NCBI RefSeq assembly: GCF_035280925.1
Contig: NZ_DATEEY010000181.1
Coordinates: 23,418 to 87,417 of the forward strand
Reading direction: 5' to 3'
Length of the DNA: 64,000 bases
Source of the DNA: Intrasporangium sp.
GTDB taxonomy: Bacteria; Actinomycetota; Actinomycetes; Actinomycetales; Dermatophilaceae
Shown here: positions 59,227-64,000 of the stretch, piece after piece
Layout of the letters: each line of letters opens with the position of its first letter
Numbering within the stretch: position 1 is the first letter of the stretch
Notes under the pieces: generated by a model
The model's database searches: none
Seen by the model: the letters and a program-made list of their open reading frames with translations, nothing else
Told to the model about the DNA's origin: nothing
Translations under genes and position numbers: made by a program

Positions 59227-60876
59227 GTGACTTCTCCCGCCCGTCTCGAACTCGATCCCGCCGTCGTCCGCAGGGCCCGCCAGCTGGCCCGTCGGGCGGC
59301 AGGCCCGGTCGTCTCGATCGCGAAGCGGCACACCACGGTGTCCGTCGAACGGGCCACGCTCCGGCTCGCCGGGCTGGCGGGGGCGGACCACGAGCGAGTG
59401 CCCTGGGTCAACCACCTCGTCGAGGCAGTCCGCGACCAGGTCGGCCTCGAGCACGGCGTGACGACTCCGGTCCACGACGCGTTGCTGCGGGGGCAGGCCC
59501 CGGACCTGCCGACGCTCGCCCAGAAGGCCTCCAGCGGCAACGTCTCCTTCCGGCTCCCCGCCGGGCGCGAGGAGACGGCCGCCCGACGCGCCGCAGCCCG
59601 CGGCGTCTCCGTCGGCCTGAAGCGGATCGATGCGGCCCGACGGACCCGCGAGCGTCTCGTCGCCCGGCTCGGCGACCCGAAGCAGAACCCGTGGATCTAC
59701 CTCATCGTCGCGACCGGGGACATCCACGAGGACATCCCACAGGCCCAGGCGGCCGCCCGGGAGGGGGCCGACGTCATCGCGGTGATCCGGTCCACCGGAC
59801 AGTCGCTGCTCGACTACGTCCCGGAGGGTGCGACCCGGGAGGGCTTCGCCGGCACCTACGCCACGCAGGAGAACTTCCGGCTCATGCGCGCCGCCCTCGA
59901 CGACGTGAGCAAGGAGCTGGGCCGGTACGTGCGCCTCACGAACTACGCCTCCGGCCTGTGCATGCCCGAGATCGCAGCGCTCGCCGGCATGGAGCGGCTC
60001 GACATGATGCTCAACGACTCCATGTACGGCATCCTCTTCCGCGACATCAACCCGATCCGGACCTTCGTCGACCAGCGCTTCTCCCGCCAGATCCACGCGC
60101 GGGCCGGGATCATCATCAACACGGGTGAGGACAACTACCTGACGACAGCGGATGCCGTGGAGGCCGCGCACACCGTCACCGTCAGCCAGCTGCTCAACGA
60201 ACGGTTCGCCAAGGAGGCCGGCCTCGAGGACTGGCAGCTCGGCCTGGGCCACGCCTTCGAGATCAACCCGGACCTGCCCGACAGCTTCCGCCTCGAGCTC
60301 GCCCACGCCCTCCTGGCTCGCGAGCTGTTCCCCAGGGCTCCGCTGAAGTGGATGCCCCCGACGAAGCACATGACCGGGGACATCTTCCGGGGCTACCTGC
60401 TCGACGGCTTCTTCAACCTCGTCGGCGCGATGACCGGCCAGGGCATTCTCCTCGTCGGCATGATGACCGAGGCCGTCGTCACGCCCTTCCTCTCGGACCG
60501 GGACCTGGCCCTGCAGAACGTCCGGTACGTCATGAACGCCGCGGGCGGCCTGGCCGAGGACTTCCACCCGCCCCGTGACGGTTTCATCCAGACCCGGGCG
60601 AGGCAGGTCCTCGACGAGGCGGTCGACCTGCTCGAGCGCATCGTCCACGACTCCGACGCCGCCGGCGACCCAGCCCTCCTCGCCGCCATCGCGGACGGCA
60701 CGTTCGGCCTGATGAAGCGTCCCGCGAACGGCGGCAAGGGCCTGGACGGGGTGGTCGAGCGAGCTCCCGGGTATGACAACCCCGCCATCTCAGCCCTCGA
60801 TGCGGGCACGCCCAAGCCCGCCCAGCGGCATACGGCAGCGTCGGCAGTTCCCGCCAAGGAGGTCGTGAACCGTTGA
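59227..60876 (+). CDS. kamD: Lysine 5,6-aminomutase alpha subunit
   Basis: ORF 59227..60876. KRHTTVSVERATLRLAG, YLIVATGDIHEDIPQAQAAAREGADVIAVIRSTGQSLLDYVPEGAT and TYATQENFRLMR closely resemble clostridial KamD as I recall it. Confidence 0.88.
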   Translation: MTSPARLELDPAVVRRARQLARRAAGPVVSIAKRHTTVSVERATLRLAGLAGADHERVPWVNHLVEAVRDQVGLEHGVTTPVHDALLRGQAPDLPTLAQKASSGNVSFRLPAGREETAARRAAARGVSVGLKRIDAARRTRERLVARLGDPKQNPWIYLIVATGDIHEDIPQAQAAAREGADVIAVIRSTGQSLLDYVPEGATREGFAGTYATQENFRLMRAALDDVSKELGRYVRLTNYASGLCMPEIAALAGMERLDMMLNDSMYGILFRDINPIRTFVDQRFSRQIHARAGIIINTGEDNYLTTADAVEAAHTVTVSQLLNERFAKEAGLEDWQLGLGHAFEINPDLPDSFRLELAHALLARELFPRAPLKWMPPTKHMTGDIFRGYLLDGFFNLVGAMTGQGILLVGMMTEAVVTPFLSDRDLALQNVRYVMNAAGGLAEDFHPPRDGFIQTRARQVLDEAVDLLERIVHDSDAAGDPALLAAIADGTFGLMKRPANGGKGLDGVVERAPGYDNPAISALDAGTPKPAQRHTAASAVPAKEVVNR

Positions 60877-61622
60877 GCGGCACCATCATTCGTCCCTACG
60901 GCGACACGACCGGCGATGGCATGGTCCAGCTGTCGTTCACCCTGCCCGTCCCGCACGACAAGCGCGCCGAGGGGGCCGCCCTGCAGCTGGCCCGGAAGAT
61001 GGGCCTCGACCCGGCCCTCATCGTCCACACCAAGGCGATGGGCCCGGACTTCACCTTCTTCGTCGTCTATGGCAGCGTCCACCACCTCGTCAACCTCGAC
61101 GACGTCCACGTCGTCGAGCGTGAGTACCCGCTGCTCACCGCCAAGGAGGCGAACGCGGCGATCAAGCGCACGCTGCGCCGCCCGCTCGTCGTGGTCGGGG
61201 CCTGCATCGGCACCGACGCGCACACCGTCGGCATCGACGCGATCCTCAACATCAAGGGGTTCGCGGGGGAGAAGGGCCTCGAGTCCTACTCCGAGATCAC
61301 GGTGGTCAACCTCGGAGCCCAGGTGCTCGTCCCGGAGCTCGTCGCCCGTGCGAAGGAGGAGAAGGCCGACGCCGTCCTCGTCAGCCAGGTCGTCACCCAG
61401 AAGGACGCGCACATCCACAACACGATGCAGATGTCGGCCGCGTTCCGCGAGGCGTCCCCCGCCGGGACGGTGCCCATCCTCGTCGCCGGCGGTCCCCGGT
61501 TCGAGGAGGGTTCGGAGGCTCCCTTGGGCATCGATCGGATCTTCGGGCGGGGGACCACGCCCTCGGAGGTCGCGAGCTACCTCGTCCACGAGATGACGAC
61601 CCGAAAGGCAGGCAGGACATGA
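60873..61622 (+). CDS. kamE: Lysine 5,6-aminomutase beta subunit (B12- and PLP-binding)
   Basis: ORF 60873..61622. The TTG start follows AAGGAGG and overlaps the kamD stop. IRPYGDTTGDGMVQLSFTLP is present, and the B12 motif DxHxxG is in GTDAHTVGIDAI. Confidence 0.88.
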   Translation: MSGTIIRPYGDTTGDGMVQLSFTLPVPHDKRAEGAALQLARKMGLDPALIVHTKAMGPDFTFFVVYGSVHHLVNLDDVHVVEREYPLLTAKEANAAIKRTLRRPLVVVGACIGTDAHTVGIDAILNIKGFAGEKGLESYSEITVVNLGAQVLVPELVARAKEEKADAVLVSQVVTQKDAHIHNTMQMSAAFREASPAGTVPILVAGGPRFEEGSEAPLGIDRIFGRGTTPSEVASYLVHEMTTRKAGRT

Positions 61623-62020
61623 GCGAGCCAGCACGATCTTCACGGGCCGAGGTGGGCAGGCGGGTCACGCACCGGCGCTATGTGCCCTACAGCCACGCCC
61701 ACTATGCCGGCAACCTCGTCGACGGCGCCTACTCGCTCGCGGCGTTCGGCGACGTCGCAACCGAGATGTGCATCATGACCGACGGGGACGAGGGGCTCTT
61801 CGCCTCCTACAGTGACGTCCAGTTCAAGGCCCCGGTGCGAGCCGGCGACGTCATCGAGATCTCGGCGGAGATCGTCCGGGTCGGCAGCCGCAGTCGCGAG
61901 ATGGCCTTCGAGGTCCGGGTGGTGGGACGGGGCAGCTCCGACCGGGGCCCGTCGGCCGCCGACCTGCTGGACCCGCCCATCGTGGCAACCACGGCGCGTG
62001 GCGTGGTCGTCGTCCCCTGA
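61619..62020 (+). CDS. kal: Hotdog-fold protein, 3-aminobutyryl-CoA ammonia-lyase-like
   Basis: ORF 61619..62020, with an ATGA overlap with kamE. SHAHYAGNLVDGAYSLAAFGDVATEMCIMTDGDEGLFASY...VRAGDVIEISAEIVRVGSRSREMAFEV resembles Kal of the lysine fermentation pathway. Confidence 0.6.
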   Translation: MSEPARSSRAEVGRRVTHRRYVPYSHAHYAGNLVDGAYSLAAFGDVATEMCIMTDGDEGLFASYSDVQFKAPVRAGDVIEISAEIVRVGSRSREMAFEVRVVGRGSSDRGPSAADLLDPPIVATTARGVVVVP

Positions 62021-62029
62021 GACCCAGCC

Positions 62030-62040
62030 CAGCGGCATAC
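62030..62040 (+). repeat. REP-like repeat copy (CAGCGGCATAC)
   Basis: CCCAGCCCAGCGGCATACGGT lies between kal and lnt. Confidence 0.7.
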
Positions 62041-62043
62041 GGT
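62038..62043 (+). promoter_or_regulatory. -10-like TACGGT, 6 nt before GTG 62050 (lnt); hexamer supplied by the REP-like repeat
   Basis: Reads TACGGTaaccccGTG, the same geometry as at 3962. Confidence 0.4.
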
Positions 62044-62049
62044 AACCCC

Positions 62050-63639
62050 GTGCTGCGTCGCGTCGTGGGTGCCCTCGTCAGTGGGGGAGTGCTGTGCCTC
62101 GCCTTCCCGACCTTCGACGTCTGGGTCGCCGCGCCCGTGTCCTTGGCCCTGCTGGCGCTGGTCATCACCGGGGTCCGTCCCCGTGCCGGCTTTGGCCTGG
62201 GTTTCCTGGCCGGTCTCGCGTTCTTCCTGCCAACCCTGCACTGGGCAGGGGTCTACGTCGGCAACCTGCCGTGGATCGCCCTCGCGGCGCTCCAGGCGCT
62301 CTTCTTCGGCCTCGTCGGCGTCCTGTATGCCTGGCTGTCCCGGCCGGGCCACTCGGGCACGGTCCGACCTGTCGCGTTCGCAGTGGTCTGGGTCGTCGTC
62401 GAGGGCCTGCGTGCGAGGGCGCCCTATGGCGGCTTCCCGTGGGTCAAGCTCGCGTTCTCACAGGCGGACTCGCCCTTCGGGCACCTCGCGTCGCTCGGCG
62501 GAGCCCCCTTCGTCGGGTTCGCCCTCGCGCTCGCCGGTGCCCTTCTCGCCGTGGTCGCGTCTCGCGCCCTTGGCCGTATGCCGCTCAGCTCGCTCGCGCT
62601 CCCCGCTGCCCTCGCCGTGGGGCTGGCTCTGTCGGGGTTGCTGGTACCGCTGCCGACCGAGGGGCCGACGGCGCAGTTCGTCGGTGTCCAGGGCAACGTG
62701 CCCCGCCCCGGCCTCGACTTCAACGCCGAGCGGCGCGCGGTGCTCGACAACCACGTCAACGCGACGCTCGCCGCGGCTGGCGAGGGCGCAGGCGGGCAGC
62801 CGACCCCCGACCTCTACGTGTGGCCCGAGAACGCGTCCGACATCGACCCGCTGCGCAACCTGGACGCCAACCAGCTGATCCGCAACACCGTGGACCGGAT
62901 CGGCGTCCCCCTCATCGTCGGTGGCCTGCTGGAGGAGCCGGAGGGCTACGTCTCCAACGTCTCCCTCCTCTTCGAGCCGGGCAAGGGCGAGACGGACCGG
63001 TACGTCAAGCGCCACCCGGTGCCGTTCGGCGAGTACATCCCCAACCGTGCCTTCTGGCGCCTCTTCAGCGACCAGGTGGACCTGGTACGGCGCGACTTCT
63101 ACCCCGGTTCGGAGGTCGGTCTCTTCACCGTCCCGACGGCGTCCGGCCAGACGATCCGGACCGGTCTGTCGATCTGCTTCGAGGTCGCCTATGACGACAT
63201 CATGCGTGACGTCGTCGACGCCGGCGCCAACGTCCTCGTCGTCCAGACGAACAATGCCACCTTCGGTTACACGGCCGAGTCGCCGCAGCAGCTGGCGATC
63301 AGCCGACTGCGGGCGATGGAGTTCGGTCGGTCCGTCGTCCACGTGTCCACCGTCGGCCAGAGTGCCCTCATCACCCCCGACGGGACCGCACACCAGGTCA
63401 CCTCCTTGTTCACCCGGGCCGTCGTCCGCGGCGACCTCCCACTGCGGGACTCGAAGACGCTCGCCACCCGGTTGGGCGAGGGCCCCGAATGGGCGGCCCT
63501 GCTGGCGCTCATCGTGATGCTCGGGCTGAGACAGCGATGGAACGCCCCCGGCCGGATGCGCGTTGACTCGACACGGGGACGCGACGGGGTCCGCCACGGT
63601 GGTGCGAGTGACGGGCGGGTGCGGCCCTACGATGACTGA
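62050..63639 (+). CDS. lnt: Apolipoprotein N-acyltransferase
   Basis: ORF 62050..63639. N-terminal TM helices are followed by a CN-hydrolase domain (YVWPENA, GLSICFEVAYDD with the catalytic Cys). It is adjacent to ppm1, as in other actinobacteria. Confidence 0.88.
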   Translation: MLRRVVGALVSGGVLCLAFPTFDVWVAAPVSLALLALVITGVRPRAGFGLGFLAGLAFFLPTLHWAGVYVGNLPWIALAALQALFFGLVGVLYAWLSRPGHSGTVRPVAFAVVWVVVEGLRARAPYGGFPWVKLAFSQADSPFGHLASLGGAPFVGFALALAGALLAVVASRALGRMPLSSLALPAALAVGLALSGLLVPLPTEGPTAQFVGVQGNVPRPGLDFNAERRAVLDNHVNATLAAAGEGAGGQPTPDLYVWPENASDIDPLRNLDANQLIRNTVDRIGVPLIVGGLLEEPEGYVSNVSLLFEPGKGETDRYVKRHPVPFGEYIPNRAFWRLFSDQVDLVRRDFYPGSEVGLFTVPTASGQTIRTGLSICFEVAYDDIMRDVVDAGANVLVVQTNNATFGYTAESPQQLAISRLRAMEFGRSVVHVSTVGQSALITPDGTAHQVTSLFTRAVVRGDLPLRDSKTLATRLGEGPEWAALLALIVMLGLRQRWNAPGRMRVDSTRGRDGVRHGGASDGRVRPYDD

Positions 63640-63685
63640 GCCCCCGCTCCCGCGCTGCGGGTGGGGCACACCGAATCGAGCTTGG

Positions 63686-63715
63686 GAAGATCAAGCCAAG
63701 GAAGATCGAGCCAAG
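63686..63715 (+). repeat. 15-bp tandem direct repeat GAAGATCRAGCCAAG x2 (plus degenerate flanking copies)
   Basis: GAAGATCAAGCCAAG lies at 63686-63700 and GAAGATCGAGCCAAG at 63701-63715. The upstream CGAATCGAGCTTGG and the downstream GAAAT are partial relatives. The tract ends 8 nt before the ppm1 ATG. Confidence 0.8.
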
Positions 63716-63723
63716 GAAATGGG

Positions 63724-64000
63724 ATGACCTCGACGACACGTGAGCCGATTGGGCGAGTCGCGGTGCTCATCCCGACGTACAACGAGCGGGAGAACCTGCC
63801 GCGGATCGTCTCCCGCCTGCGCACCAGCGTGCCGGACGCCGACCTCGTCATCCTCGACGACAACTCGCCCGACGGCACGGGCGATGTCGCCGACACGCTC
63901 GCCGCCGCGGACCCGAGGATCCGGGTCCTGCACCGGGAGGGCAAGGAGGGTCTCGGGCGCGCGTATCTCGCTGGGTTCGCCCTGGCGATGGACGAGGGCT
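63724..64000 (+). CDS. ppm1: Polyprenol-phosphate mannose synthase (GT2), N-terminal part; continues beyond the window
   Basis: Own translation from ATG 63724: [85 protein letters not shown]. This is the classic GT2 / Dpm1-like N-terminus. It stays open to the window end. Confidence 0.85.
   Translation, partial: MTSTTREPIGRVAVLIPTYNERENLPRIVSRLRTSVPDADLVILDDNSPDGTGDVADTLAAADPRIRVLHREGKEGLGRAYLAGFALAMDEG

Overview
This is a high-GC actinobacterial chromosome segment. Gene order is collinear with the conserved mycobacterial core block mshC - metH - trmI - arc/mpa - dop - pup - prcBA - pafABC - tatAC - helY - lnt/ppm1. The taxon guess (Micrococcales-like) is inference only. I call about 58 protein genes and one tRNA-Leu(GAG). 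No rRNA, CRISPR array, transposase, integrase or recognisable defence genes were seen.

Functional blocks:
- The complete Pup-proteasome system: arc, dop, pup, prcB, prcA, pafA, pafB, pafC, plus a PAC2 protein.
- The mshC-linked trio of uncharacterised genes.
- B12-dependent methionine synthase.
- A NarL-type two-component system.
- A MocR-controlled semialdehyde dehydrogenase / omega-aminotransferase pair.
- TatAC.
- A lysine-fermentation-type cluster: kamA, kdd, kamD, kamE, kal.

Many large ORFs in the supplied track are mirror-strand or read-through artefacts typical of high GC. I trimmed the starts accordingly.

The unusual signals are non-coding:
1. A REP-like repeat family with core AGCGGCATAC occurs 17 times in 64 kb, sometimes as hairpin pairs and sometimes supplying the -10 box of leaderless genes.
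2. A 1,025-bp segment is bounded by perfect 19-bp inverted repeats and carries only a small lipoprotein gene.
3. A nested four-copy inverted-repeat array lies just upstream of mshC.
4. Six copies of an 11-bp tandem repeat lie upstream of the sensor kinase.
5. A 15-bp tandem repeat lies upstream of ppm1.
6. TAnnnT boxes sit 6-8 nt before start codons at about 20 genes, implying widespread leaderless transcription.

I found no convincing new protein-based system. All product calls come from my own reading of motifs, not from database searches.
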